Below, piece after piece: positions 43,094-53,422 of a stretch of DNA of 64,000 nucleotides. Source of the stretch: an uncultured Acidobacteriota bacterium (lineage in GTDB: Bacteria > Acidobacteriota > Blastocatellia > RBC074); assembly GCA_963796275.1 (NCBI GenBank), contig CAWCKY010000006.1:992001-1056000 (forward strand), written 5' to 3'. Numbering within the stretch: the first letter of the stretch is position 1; every line of letters begins with the position of its first letter. The notes under the pieces are model-generated. The model saw nothing but the letters and a program-made list of their open reading frames with translations. It searched no databases and had not been told where the DNA came from. The position numbers were made by a program, and so were the translations under genes.

Positions 43094-44407
43094 ATGTCAA
43101 TTCGCAGCAAGCTTACGCTGGTCACGCTCTCTGCATTTATAGCCATTTACTCTATTGTAGGTGGGATGCTATCCCGATCGAACAATTCGTTCGTGAGAGC
43201 AATCGCTCAGCCGGGCCCATATCCGCAACTCCGGATTTTCGAAGAAGTCGTCCGGCACATCGTCAATGATTATGTAGAAAAGCCCGACCTCGAGAAGGTT
43301 CGGATCGGCGCACTGCGCGGTTTGACGGATGGGCTCGACCCATACAGCGCGTACCTGCTGCCGCCTCAGGTCAAAGATTACCAGGCCAATAAGGATAAAG
43401 GCGATACCACGGGAATGGTCATCGGTCAATATTCCGGCTTCGCTTATGTGATCGCGATCGTGCCCGGTTCGCCGGCTGATAAAGCGGGCATCCGCGTGGG
43501 CGATGTGATCGAGTACATCGACGGGCACGCGACCCGCGACCTCGATCTCTATGACGTAAAGTTGCTATTGATGGGCGCGCCCGGGTCGAGCGTCGAATTG
43601 ACATTGATCAATAGAAAGACGGAGAAGCTCAAGCTGCTGCGCGGCAACGTTGCGCCGGCTCAGGCAGAGAGCCGTCTGATTGAATCGCAGATCGGTTATG
43701 TCAAAGTCCCCATACTGAACAAGGGGCAGGCGGCAACAGTCGGGACTGCGATCAAGGATGTGATAAAGAAAGGCGCAAAATCGATCATTCTGGATCTGCG
43801 CGATTCGGCCGGCGGAGAATTGAATGAAGGCGTATCCGTCGCCGATTTCTTCATCAAGACGGGCACAATTTCTAAGACGATCGGACGCAAGGATAAGATA
43901 GTCGCGACGCACGAGGCGATGGCGGATAACGATCTGACCGAGCTTCCGGTCGCTGTGATCATCGACAAAACCACGGCTGGAGCGTCCGAGGTTGTCGCCG
44001 CCGCAATTATGGAAAACAAGCGCGGCGAGGTCATCGGCGAGCGGACATTGTTTGGCATGGGTTCCGAGCAGCAGCTCTTTCCACTCGATGATGGTTCGGC
44101 GCTCTTGTTGACGACGGCTCGTTTCGCGGCACCATCAGGCAAAATTTTTATGACGGACGGTGTGACGCCGAGCGTTGAAGTTAAACGCGCTGACCTGGCT
44201 GAAGTTGCGACTACTGATGATAACGACGATAACAGGCAGCAGAATCAGCAGCGAACTCCCGCCCAGCCGCAACCCGGCGGGGCAGGGGCAGGTACAGGAG
44301 CGCCGCCGCCGGTCGTGGTCGCGCCGAAACCGTCCGATGATCTGATGCTCAAGAAAGCAATCGAAGTTCTTACCAGCGGCGCAAAAGTTAAGCGCCGCGC
44401 CGCATAG
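43094..44407 (+). CDS. S41A (CtpA-like) PDZ-containing peptidase homologue, catalytic residues substituted
   Basis: N-terminal TM; LDPYSAY, PDZ GSPADKAG, IGYVKV, ILDLR. The usual SASASE motif reads TAGASE and the usual TFGKG motif reads TLFGMG. Confidence 0.82.
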   Translation: MSIRSKLTLVTLSAFIAIYSIVGGMLSRSNNSFVRAIAQPGPYPQLRIFEEVVRHIVNDYVEKPDLEKVRIGALRGLTDGLDPYSAYLLPPQVKDYQANKDKGDTTGMVIGQYSGFAYVIAIVPGSPADKAGIRVGDVIEYIDGHATRDLDLYDVKLLLMGAPGSSVELTLINRKTEKLKLLRGNVAPAQAESRLIESQIGYVKVPILNKGQAATVGTAIKDVIKKGAKSIILDLRDSAGGELNEGVSVADFFIKTGTISKTIGRKDKIVATHEAMADNDLTELPVAVIIDKTTAGASEVVAAAIMENKRGEVIGERTLFGMGSEQQLFPLDDGSALLLTTARFAAPSGKIFMTDGVTPSVEVKRADLAEVATTDDNDDNRQQNQQRTPAQPQPGGAGAGTGAPPPVVVAPKPSDDLMLKKAIEVLTSGAKVKRRAA

Positions 44408-44506
44408 TTGCATTCTCCTCCTCTTCTATCGTTTGGCGGAACCTGCTGAAGTTTGCCGGTCCCGCCATTTCTTTTGATAGCTGTCAATTTTCCCTCGCTC
44501 GAGCTT

Positions 44507-46054
44507 TTAGAGAGGGATATTCCCATGCTTGCGCGGAGGGTTTGTGTCGCGTTTGTTCTCCAGTAGCTTCAATGCGCGAATCAGTTTCCTGCGTGTGTGC
44601 TTCGGTTCGATCACCTCGTCAATAAAGCCCCGCTCGGCGGCCGAATAGGGCGAGGCGAATTTCTCTTCATATTCCGCGATCTTTTCGCGGCGCGCCGCTT
44701 CGGGATCTCCGGCCTGGGCGATCTCACGCCGGTACAGTATCCCAACGGCTCCCTCGGCTCCCATCACTGCGATCTCCGCCGTCGGATAAGCGAAGTTGAT
44801 GTCGGTGCGAATGTGCTTCGAGCCCATCACGCAATAGGCGCCGCCGTAAGCTTTGCGCGTGACGACTGTGATCTTCGGCACCGTCGCCTCTGCGAAGGCA
44901 TATAGGAGTTTGGCGCCATGACGGATTATGCCGCCGTACTCCTGGTTGACGCCGGGAAGAAATCCTGGGACATCTTCAAAGGTTATGATCGGGATATTGA
45001 AACAATCGCAGAACCGCACAAAACGCGCGCCTTTGACGCTCGCGTCGATATCGAGCACGCCCGCCAGAAATGCCGGCTGGTTGGCGACGATCCCGACCGG
45101 CCGCCCGTTCAATCGCGCAAAGCCGATGACGATATTGCGCGCGTAATGCTCCTGGATTTCAAAGAAGTAGCCGTTGTCGACGACCGCCTCGATGATGCGA
45201 CGGATGTCGTACGGTTTGTTCGATTCCGGCGGGACGATTGTGTTAAGTGAATCATCGGCGCGTTCAATCGGATCATCGCAGATGATCTGCGGCGGATCGT
45301 CGAGGTTATTCGAGGGGATGAATGAGAGCAGTTCGCGGATCAAACGCAGGCAGTCTTCCTCATTCTCCGCCGCGAAGTGCGCCACGCCGCTGGTCTGATT
45401 ATGCGTCATTGCGCCACCGAGCTCCTCTTTTGTCACCTCCTCATGCGTAACCGTTTTGATGACATCCGGGCCGGTGATGAACATATAACTGGTGTTCTTT
45501 ACCATCACGGTGAAGTCGGTGATCGCCGGCGAGTAGACGGCTCCGCCCGCGCACGGCCCCATGATCGCCGAAATTTGCGGCACGACGCCCGAAGCCAGTG
45601 TGTTGCGCAAGAAGATGTCGGCATAGCCTCCGAGCGATGCCACGCCTTCCTGAATCCGCGCCCCTCCGGAATCGTTCAACCCTATGATGGGTGCGCCGAC
45701 CTTCATCGCCAGGTCCATAACCTTGCAGACTTTCGCCGCATTCGTCTCGGAGAGCGATCCGCCGAAAATTGTGAAGTCCTGTGCGAACACGAAGACCTCG
45801 CGCCTATCGATCAGACCGTGTCCCGTGACAAAGCCGTCACCGGGATACATCTGAGATTGCATGCCGAAATCTTGACAGCGATGCGTCTTCAATTTGTCGA
45901 ATTCTTCAAATGTGCCGTCATCGAGGAGAAATTCGATTCGTTCGCGCGCGGTCATCTTCCCCTCAGAGTGCTGGCGAGTGATCCGGTCGCTTCCGCCGCC
46001 GGATTCGGCCGCTACGTTCTTTTCTTCCAGTAATTTGAGTTTCTTTTCGATCAT
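44507..46054 (-). CDS. pccB: Acyl-CoA (propionyl/methylmalonyl-CoA) carboxylase carboxyltransferase beta subunit
   Basis: [47 protein letters not shown]; C-terminal RKHGNIPL; start ATG 46054. Confidence 0.9.
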   Translation of the reverse strand: MIEKKLKLLEEKNVAAESGGGSDRITRQHSEGKMTARERIEFLLDDGTFEEFDKLKTHRCQDFGMQSQMYPGDGFVTGHGLIDRREVFVFAQDFTIFGGSLSETNAAKVCKVMDLAMKVGAPIIGLNDSGGARIQEGVASLGGYADIFLRNTLASGVVPQISAIMGPCAGGAVYSPAITDFTVMVKNTSYMFITGPDVIKTVTHEEVTKEELGGAMTHNQTSGVAHFAAENEEDCLRLIRELLSFIPSNNLDDPPQIICDDPIERADDSLNTIVPPESNKPYDIRRIIEAVVDNGYFFEIQEHYARNIVIGFARLNGRPVGIVANQPAFLAGVLDIDASVKGARFVRFCDCFNIPIITFEDVPGFLPGVNQEYGGIIRHGAKLLYAFAEATVPKITVVTRKAYGGAYCVMGSKHIRTDINFAYPTAEIAVMGAEGAVGILYRREIAQAGDPEAARREKIAEYEEKFASPYSAAERGFIDEVIEPKHTRRKLIRALKLLENKRDTNPPRKHGNIPL

Positions 46055-46068
46055 AGCAGGATAGAAGT

Positions 46069-46196
46069 GGATAATTGATAATGGATAATCGATAATTGAT
46101 AATTGAAAAGCGGGTAGTGAAGCGGATTGTAAAAGGGCTTGCCTCAACCTGCCTGCTACCCATTATCAATTATCGATTACCCATTATCAATTCTCT
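46069..46196. repeat. Heptamer-periodic (GATAATN) inverted repeat filling a divergent promoter region
   Basis: 46073-46104 matches the reverse complement of 46161-46192 at 30/32 positions. Confidence 0.8.
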
Positions 46197-48356
46197 ATGA
46201 TCTCTCGGTGGCATCGATTTTTCATTTACCTGAATTACGCCTACCTGCTGCGATTCCCGCTAATGACCGCCGGTTTCCTCATAGTTTTTCCTTACATTGC
46301 CATTGGCACCGGCGCGGCACCGCTGCTCGAGAACCTCTTCGATCTCGAATCCACGGATATCCTTTTCGTTGCGCTCACGGCGTTTCTGGCGGCCTGGAGC
46401 GTTATGATTACATCGCGGCTGGTTCTGCTCTATTGTCATAAACGCTTTCGCGTCCCGCGCACAAATATCAGTACCCATCTCCGGAGGAAGCATATATTTC
46501 TCTTCGGGCTATTGGCCTTGCCGGCGATTATCGGTATCTATTGGGAGATCGTATCGAATTGGCAATACACGCCGGGAGGAGAAAGATGGATAAGCATGAT
46601 TGCGCCGTTGCCCGGTTTTCTGCTCGCGTTGCTGCTCCTCCGGATCGCCGGATGGCTGCAAATGCGGCTCAACAGCCCCGCGACGAATGATGAGGCGCCC
46701 GACCTGCTCACTCCATCAAATCCCATAATGCTAAAGGGCGCACTCGAGCGGGCGAAGAAGGCGGGACCGATATATACTCCTTCGGGCCGGCTGGCCGGCG
46801 TATTCAAATCTATTCCGCTCTATTTCGGCCGCGGGTATATAAACTATCGGGCGGACGAGTCAGTGCGATTCCCCCTCCTGCCCGGGCACGGAATGGCGGT
46901 TGCCATGCTGGTGACTTTCCTGGCGGTCTACGCCATTGTGGGAGCATTGGGATCACCCTGGTGGCGGCGTTTAGATTTTCCCTCGCTGGCTTATGTCCTG
47001 TTACTGGTCACGCTGCTTAATTGGGCGTTTTCAGGCATTGCATTCTTCTGCGATCGCTACTACGTGCCGGTGCTCGTCTCGATAGCTGTGCTTTTGGTGA
47101 CGAGTTCACTGTTCTTCTCGCGGTCCGACAGTTATTACTTCGTTTATTCGAAAGACCCCGGCAAAAGCGTGGGAGACTTGCCTCCCGAGAAAGTCATTCT
47201 CCCGCTCGCAAATGGCAAGATCGTTCTCGTCGCGACCAGCGGCGGGGGCATTCAGTCGGCAGCCTGGACGGCGCGCGTATTGACAGGTCTTGAACTGGCG
47301 TGTCGAAACACCTCCGATTGCGGAGGACGCAGCTTCGGCAGATCGATCCGTCTCATCAGCGCCGTCTCGGGTGGCAGCGTGGGCGCGATGTATTTCGCCA
47401 ATGCCTATAAGAGCGACGGTAATCTGCCGCCCGAGGTGGACGGACTTAACGAGGTCGTCAGGCTGGCAGAGCGTTCCAGCTTGGATGGTGTCGCGTGGGG
47501 AATGATCTATCCCGATTTTTTACGCACCGCATTCCCATTCTTTTCTCACTTCCCCTACTTGTGGGAGACGGATCGCGGCAGGGCACTGGAGTTCGAATGG
47601 AAGAGAGGTACGCAGCTCAACGTCATGCTCTCCGACTGGCGCAGAGATGTGGGAGAGGGAAGGCGTCCCGCGACCGTCTTCAATGCGACGATCGCAGAGG
47701 CGGGGCAGCCGCTTCTCTTTTCAACGGTCGATCACGTGAGGAGGCAAACCACGAGCAAAAGCTTCCATTCCATGTATGACGGTTACGACATTCCGGTCGC
47801 CACAGCGGTTCGCTTGTCATCGAGCTTCCCCTACGTCACACCGGCAGCGCGCGCATACTTCATCGATAAAGACGATGATTCGGAGCCGCAATACCACGTA
47901 GTCGATGGCGGTTATTATGACAACTACGGCATTGCCACTCTGGTCGAATGGCTGGATGCGGCGCTCGAGAAATGCGGGAGGGATGTCAAAGAAGTGATGG
48001 TGATCAGAATCCACGGCTCTCCGGCCGATGGCGAGACGGCCCCGGAAGGTGACCGCGGGTTTTTTTATCAGGTTGCGGCCCCCGTCTCCACACTCAACAG
48101 CGTCCGTGGCGCAGGCCAGCTCTCCCACAGCAGAGTGGAAATCGATTTACTGAAAAGAAGTTGGGGAGATAAGGGGATATCGATCGAATCAGCGACCTTC
48201 GAATTTCCGCGAAGCGATGACCCCGACGAAGCGCCGCCGCTTTCGTGGCATCTCTCGGAAAAGCAGAAGAAGGCGATCGAGAATGCCTGGCAGGTTGAAT
48301 ATGTTGATAATCCGCAGAGCGAGATCGGAAAGGTGAAGCGGTTTCTCGCCAGATAA
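46197..48356 (+). CDS. Polytopic membrane protein with C-terminal patatin-like phospholipase domain
   Basis: About 7-8 N-terminal TM helices; SGGGIQSA glycine loop, AVSGGS nucleophile, DGGYYDN catalytic Asp. Confidence 0.8.
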   Translation: MISRWHRFFIYLNYAYLLRFPLMTAGFLIVFPYIAIGTGAAPLLENLFDLESTDILFVALTAFLAAWSVMITSRLVLLYCHKRFRVPRTNISTHLRRKHIFLFGLLALPAIIGIYWEIVSNWQYTPGGERWISMIAPLPGFLLALLLLRIAGWLQMRLNSPATNDEAPDLLTPSNPIMLKGALERAKKAGPIYTPSGRLAGVFKSIPLYFGRGYINYRADESVRFPLLPGHGMAVAMLVTFLAVYAIVGALGSPWWRRLDFPSLAYVLLLVTLLNWAFSGIAFFCDRYYVPVLVSIAVLLVTSSLFFSRSDSYYFVYSKDPGKSVGDLPPEKVILPLANGKIVLVATSGGGIQSAAWTARVLTGLELACRNTSDCGGRSFGRSIRLISAVSGGSVGAMYFANAYKSDGNLPPEVDGLNEVVRLAERSSLDGVAWGMIYPDFLRTAFPFFSHFPYLWETDRGRALEFEWKRGTQLNVMLSDWRRDVGEGRRPATVFNATIAEAGQPLLFSTVDHVRRQTTSKSFHSMYDGYDIPVATAVRLSSSFPYVTPAARAYFIDKDDDSEPQYHVVDGGYYDNYGIATLVEWLDAALEKCGRDVKEVMVIRIHGSPADGETAPEGDRGFFYQVAAPVSTLNSVRGAGQLSHSRVEIDLLKRSWGDKGISIESATFEFPRSDDPDEAPPLSWHLSEKQKKAIENAWQVEYVDNPQSEIGKVKRFLAR

Positions 48357-48384
48357 GCTGACAGCCAGGCGTGAGATTTCTGAC

Positions 48385-48819
48385 TCATTTTAATGCCGCC
48401 ATGATGTGGGGCGTGAGTATGATGAGCCGGTCGTGCAAGTATTCAAGGAACATCCCGAAGGCGAACCAAAGAGGGAAGAAGTCCCAGCGGATAAGCCCGT
48501 GTAGATTATATCGGTTATCCTCATAACTCCACGGGCAAGCGCCCAGCGCCTGCCGCAGCATCCGTCCCGCGCTATATTCCACTATCCAGAAACAACAAAC
48601 ATATATCGTTCCGCGCACAAACCATGGCGAGGTGCGCATTGCGTCGTGGAGCGGTTCGAAGAGCGGGGCAATCATGCCATAGAGAGGAAAGCTCCACAGA
48701 TAGGATTGCCCGCGTAGACTCCAGTTCTTCTCCTTGCCTTCCCACCTGTGCAAAATGGCCGAAACGATAACCTCAGCGCAAAGGCCCAAAAAACCATATA
48801 TGATGAATCGTATGAACAT
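48385..48819 (-). CDS. Small membrane protein, DUF1113/TMEM229-like (putative ABC permease family)
   Basis: RFIIYGFLG..E, LWSFPLYG, EYSAG, CPWSY and GLIR motifs; start ATG 48819. Confidence 0.7.
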   Translation of the reverse strand: MFIRFIIYGFLGLCAEVIVSAILHRWEGKEKNWSLRGQSYLWSFPLYGMIAPLFEPLHDAMRTSPWFVRGTIYVCCFWIVEYSAGRMLRQALGACPWSYEDNRYNLHGLIRWDFFPLWFAFGMFLEYLHDRLIILTPHIMAALK

Positions 48820-49007
48820 GTTTAACAGCAGCTTTTGCAGTCCGATACACTGTTGTGTAGCCAACGGGGGCTCACATTTCAACATTCCTCCCTCAAAGAA
48901 CGAATATTAAGTCATAACTTTTGCCTTTTGATTTCTTCTCCATTTAAAATTCTATCTCTGAGGCCTGCATTTAAGCTCTCCTCCTTCGACGATGATCAGG
49001 AAAATTT

Positions 49008-51398
49008 ATGGACTGCGTCAAAGGAAAGGCTGCATTTTTTCTGAGCTTGATAATCCTATTCGCCAGTTTCAATGGTAAAGCTCAGACATCTTATCAAAAG
49101 CCGCCCAAAATCATTCAAGATATTCTAAACGCGCCGGCTACCCCGCTCATCTCGGTTAGCCCGGCCCGCGATCGAATTTTGCTTATCGAAACCCCGAATT
49201 ATCCGTCTATCGCTGATCTGTCCGAGCCGATGTTGCGCCTGGCCGGATTACGTATAAATCCCGAAACAAACGGCCCGCATAGTTCGATGCGAGTAATCGG
49301 TCTCACGCTCAAAAAAATCGACAGCGGCGGGGAGATGAAGATCAGAGTGCCCGCACAGCCTCGGATGAGCATCCCCACATGGTCGCCGGACGGGAAGTAT
49401 TTTGCCTTCTCAAACACCGTCACGACCGGGGCAGCCGGCGTTCAACTGTTGATCGGAGATTCGTCTACTGGCGTGGTTCGTCATATACCGGAGTTGGCGC
49501 TCAATGGTGCTTATGCCGATCCGGTGCGATGGATGCCCGATGGCCGAACGCTGGTTTGTCTGACAGTCGTCCCCGGACGCGGTGGTCCTCCCGTAAAATC
49601 ATGGCAGGCCCCGAATATCCGTGAAAGCTATGGCAGGCCGATGCAGGTGCGAGTCCATCAAGACTTGTTGCAGAGCCAGCACGACGAAGCGCTCTTCGAA
49701 TACTATGCGACTTCACAGATTGTCCTGGTCGATACTCTCACTGCCAGAATGGCGAGCGTCGGTGAACCTGCGATCATCTCATCTGTCGAGCCATCCCCCG
49801 ACGGCGAACATCTGTTGGTCGTAACGAACCACAAACCCTATTCACACGCTCTGCCCGCTTCCGCCTTCCCCAGGGAGATTGAGGTCTGGGGGCTGACGGG
49901 AAAGGTCGAATTCAAACTGGCAGGATCGCCACTCTCGGACAGTGTGCCGATCCTTGGCGTTCCGGCAGGGCCGCGCAACTATGGTTGGCGCCCCACTGAA
50001 CCTGCGACTCTCGTCTGGGTCGAGGCGTTGGATGGCGGTGACCCGAAGAAAAAAGCGCCCCACCGCGATCGCATCCTGATGCTCGCCGCGCCCTTCAAAA
50101 GCCCGACGGTCGAGATAGCCAAGACCGACTTGCGCTTCCTGCGCATAATCTGGGGCGAGAAGGACGGGCTTGCCATCATCTTCGACGGGGAAAACGACAG
50201 AGTGCGGACCATTCTGATCAATGCGGATGATCGATTTATTCAGCCGCGGGTTTTCGGGAGCCACTCAATGATCGACCGCAACGGTTATCCGGGAGACCCT
50301 GTGATGAAAGGGTTGCCGAACGGTCAGAAAGTTGTCTTGCAATACGGCGACTATATCTACCTCAGGGGCGAGGGGGCCGTTCGCCCGTTCCTGGTTCGGT
50401 ACAACCTGAAGACTTTAAAGAGCGAGATGCTGTTCAAATCCGATGAGCAGAGTTACGAAAGCGTTGTCGAGCTGTTGGAAGACGACGCTTCGCGATACAT
50501 CACCCGCTATGAGTCGCCGCGCGACCCGCCGAATTACTTCATCCGGACATCGGGCGACGCTCGAAGAGCATTGACTTTCTTCCGCCTTCCGAATGTTTCG
50601 CTAGGAAGGATCAGGAAACAGGTAGTGACTTACCAACGCGATGATGGCCAGAAGCTCTCGTTCACGCTCTATTTGCCGCCCGCTTACAAGGAAGGAGTTC
50701 GTTTACCGACGGTATTCTGGGCGTACCCGCACGAATTTGCGGATGCCGGAAAGGCCGGCCAGGTTTCCGGATCGACCAACCGGTTTACGTTTATCCGCGG
50801 CCCCTCGCATCTCTTCTTCGCCCTGCTGGGATATGCGGTGCTGGATGGCTCCAACCTGCCAATCGTCGGGAAAGATCTGCAGACAGTCAACGACACTTAT
50901 ATCGAACAGATCGTCGCCGGAGCTGAAGCCGCGATCAACAAGGCCGTAGAACTGGGGGTGACGGACAGAAACCGCGTCGGCGTGGGCGGGCATAGTTATG
51001 GAGCTTTTATGGCGGTCAACCTGCTCGCGCATTCCGATCTTTTTAAAGCGGGCATAGCGCGGAGCGGAGCCTACAACCGCACGCTCACGCCCTTCGGGTT
51101 TCAGAATGAACGCCGGACGTTATGGGAAGCCCCGGAGATGTACCTCAAAGTCTCGCCGTTTATGATCGCCCACAAGATCAAGGAATCGCTCCTGCTGATA
51201 CACGGCGAGGACGACGATAATGTCGCTTCGTCACAGAGCGAGCGGTTGTACCAGGCGATCGAGGGGAATGGCGGCAATGTGCGGTACGTATCACTGCCCT
51301 TCGAATCGCACGGTTACGAAGCGCGTGAATCGGTGGAACACGTTTTGTATGAGATGATTAACTGGTTCGATAAACACCTCAAAGGTGAACGCCGTTAA
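49008..51398 (+). CDS. Secreted S9-family peptidase (glutamyl-endopeptidase-like)
   Basis: YQKPP, LRLAGLRINP, beta-propeller WSPDG, GGHSYGA nucleophile, ARSGAYNRTLTPFGFQ, ESHGY. Confidence 0.88.
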   Translation: MDCVKGKAAFFLSLIILFASFNGKAQTSYQKPPKIIQDILNAPATPLISVSPARDRILLIETPNYPSIADLSEPMLRLAGLRINPETNGPHSSMRVIGLTLKKIDSGGEMKIRVPAQPRMSIPTWSPDGKYFAFSNTVTTGAAGVQLLIGDSSTGVVRHIPELALNGAYADPVRWMPDGRTLVCLTVVPGRGGPPVKSWQAPNIRESYGRPMQVRVHQDLLQSQHDEALFEYYATSQIVLVDTLTARMASVGEPAIISSVEPSPDGEHLLVVTNHKPYSHALPASAFPREIEVWGLTGKVEFKLAGSPLSDSVPILGVPAGPRNYGWRPTEPATLVWVEALDGGDPKKKAPHRDRILMLAAPFKSPTVEIAKTDLRFLRIIWGEKDGLAIIFDGENDRVRTILINADDRFIQPRVFGSHSMIDRNGYPGDPVMKGLPNGQKVVLQYGDYIYLRGEGAVRPFLVRYNLKTLKSEMLFKSDEQSYESVVELLEDDASRYITRYESPRDPPNYFIRTSGDARRALTFFRLPNVSLGRIRKQVVTYQRDDGQKLSFTLYLPPAYKEGVRLPTVFWAYPHEFADAGKAGQVSGSTNRFTFIRGPSHLFFALLGYAVLDGSNLPIVGKDLQTVNDTYIEQIVAGAEAAINKAVELGVTDRNRVGVGGHSYGAFMAVNLLAHSDLFKAGIARSGAYNRTLTPFGFQNERRTLWEAPEMYLKVSPFMIAHKIKESLLLIHGEDDDNVASSQSERLYQAIEGNGGNVRYVSLPFESHGYEARESVEHVLYEMINWFDKHLKGERR

Positions 51399-51538
51399 TT
51401 AAATTTGCACGTCCTTGAATTATTTGCTTGACGGCCGCGCATCATCCACGATATATCAAAATCGCCATAACAGTGCCTTATCACGTATTTGATCACTGAT
51501 ATGGCAGTCTCCTTACCTTCCCAGCGGAGATGAGATAG

Positions 51539-52321
51539 ATGAGAGTTGGTACTGGTGGAACGGTCAGTCAGATAATCCGAATTCTCCTCGTCGAAAATCA
51601 GACAATAGTTCGAGCAGGTCTTAAATTAATCCTTGAGAGCCAATCCGGTTTGAACGTTGTGGCAGAGGCCTCGACTTGCTCTGAAGCAGTCGCCGCGGCG
51701 GAGCAGTCGCAACCGGATGTAGTCTTGCTTGATCTGGATACTGATGGAGAGATCGGACATGACTGTCTGATAGAGATACTTAGAGCTGTACCTCAGACGC
51801 GAGTTCTTGTCCTCACTGGAGTTGGGGATCTCGAAATGCATTATGAGGCTATTTACAACGGCGCGATGGGATTGGTGCGCAAACTCGAGCCGGCGGAAGT
51901 ATTGCTGCGGGCGATCAGAAAAGTCTATGCCGATGAGGTCTGGCTCGACGGTGTTCTCATGGCCCGCCTGCTGCGCGAGTTTAGGAGCGCTCGCGCCATC
52001 CAGCCGCCCATCGAAATAATAAGTAACGGGACTTCCCACGCGAAGCCCGAACGATATCGGGAAGACAAACCACGATCGATCTCCTATAAAACTACACCCG
52101 AAGAGGCGGTGAAGATTTCCCAGCTCACCGATCGCGAACGCGAAGTGGTGATGTTAGTCGGAGAAGGCTTGCGCAATCAGCAGATCGCCGACCGGCTTTT
52201 CATCAGCGTCATCACCGTCCGCCATCACATCTCTTCGGTCTTCTCGAAACTGGAACTCAAAGACCGCTTCGAACTAGCCATTTATGCCTACCGTCATGGC
52301 CTCGCTCGCTTACCTCTCTGA
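51539..52321 (+). CDS. NarL/FixJ-family response regulator (REC + LuxR HTH)
   Basis: PDVVLLDL receiver; LTDREREV...GLRNQQIADRLFIS..TVRHH HTH. Confidence 0.9.
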   Translation: MRVGTGGTVSQIIRILLVENQTIVRAGLKLILESQSGLNVVAEASTCSEAVAAAEQSQPDVVLLDLDTDGEIGHDCLIEILRAVPQTRVLVLTGVGDLEMHYEAIYNGAMGLVRKLEPAEVLLRAIRKVYADEVWLDGVLMARLLREFRSARAIQPPIEIISNGTSHAKPERYREDKPRSISYKTTPEEAVKISQLTDREREVVMLVGEGLRNQQIADRLFISVITVRHHISSVFSKLELKDRFELAIYAYRHGLARLPL

Positions 52322-53422
52322 GGCCCTTCTATAATCGGTTAAAGCTAGCAACAGAAACAATAAAAGCTGAAACTCACACTTTTATGGCTTCTTTGTAGTT
52401 GGCGGTGAATTAACCTCTTTAACGCGGCCATCCAGTGCCGGTTTAGCATATGAGTGCCATGATTTTATGGCTATTGGGTGTCATGTATGAAAGAAAGCTG
52501 AGAAAACGTAAATGAGCGTCTCTAAATTGGTCACTTTGGACGATGTGTTATTCGGTGATTTCGGGGTAAAAAAACTGAGTCGCGTGTGTTTTGGTTGTTC
52601 TCCCTGATTGAATTATTGGCGCATGAACAGGGAACAAAATTGCAGAAGTGAATATAGAAACTTCTGAAAAGAAAAGACGCGAGTTGTAATCAGAATTCGC
52701 AACCATTTCAGCACGATCGAAACGGATGGCTCTAATCTCCCTGCATAACGAAGAGGGTAAGGTCTGCATCCGAGTGAAGCAGTTGCAAAGTTGAAGGCTG
52801 CTCAGCCTGCTTCATTCCGGCATAATACTCACAGGAAAAAGTGGTTATTATATCCACTTTTCATAATATGACGGGGACAGTCCCTCACTAATTTATGGCT
52901 CCGTTGTGGAACTTACCATTGTTCGACACGGACGAAGTTCGTGTTGCGAGTGGTGTAGCGAGCTGATTTATTCCCTCCTTTTATGATCGGCTCATAATAC
53001 TAGTGATCGGCTCTTAGCGTTGGATGATTTAAGAGAGTAGTAGGGGTAGTTTAAACATGGTGATGGAACGCAAGTATGGGCTTTTGCTTGTCATTTTGCC
53101 GTTTATTTGGTTAAATCAGCCTGGGCTCGATCGAATCATTGATCAGAAATATATACTGATGATGACCTTACCCCCCAATCATCAGTGTCAAACCGAAAAA
53201 TATTTGACCGGAAAGAAAACCTGTGAAGGCATTGCTTGTCATCGTGAGAGAGGCGCAGTCGTTGCACTTATAGGGTTTATCTCGTTTACTGGCGCGCCCA
53301 GCACAGTCTTGAAGCCGACATGGGTCGAGTTTTTCAGCACAAAGATTTAGATGGACCTGGTGTCGAAACTCAATTTGTTCACGATCAAATAACGAACTTT
53401 GGTTTGAAAGGCAAGTGCTTGT

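Noticed and set aside
53057-53350. 97-aa ORF upstream of the EPS cluster
   Set aside because: No motif, atypical AT-rich composition and a weak RBS. It cannot be supported, though not excluded.
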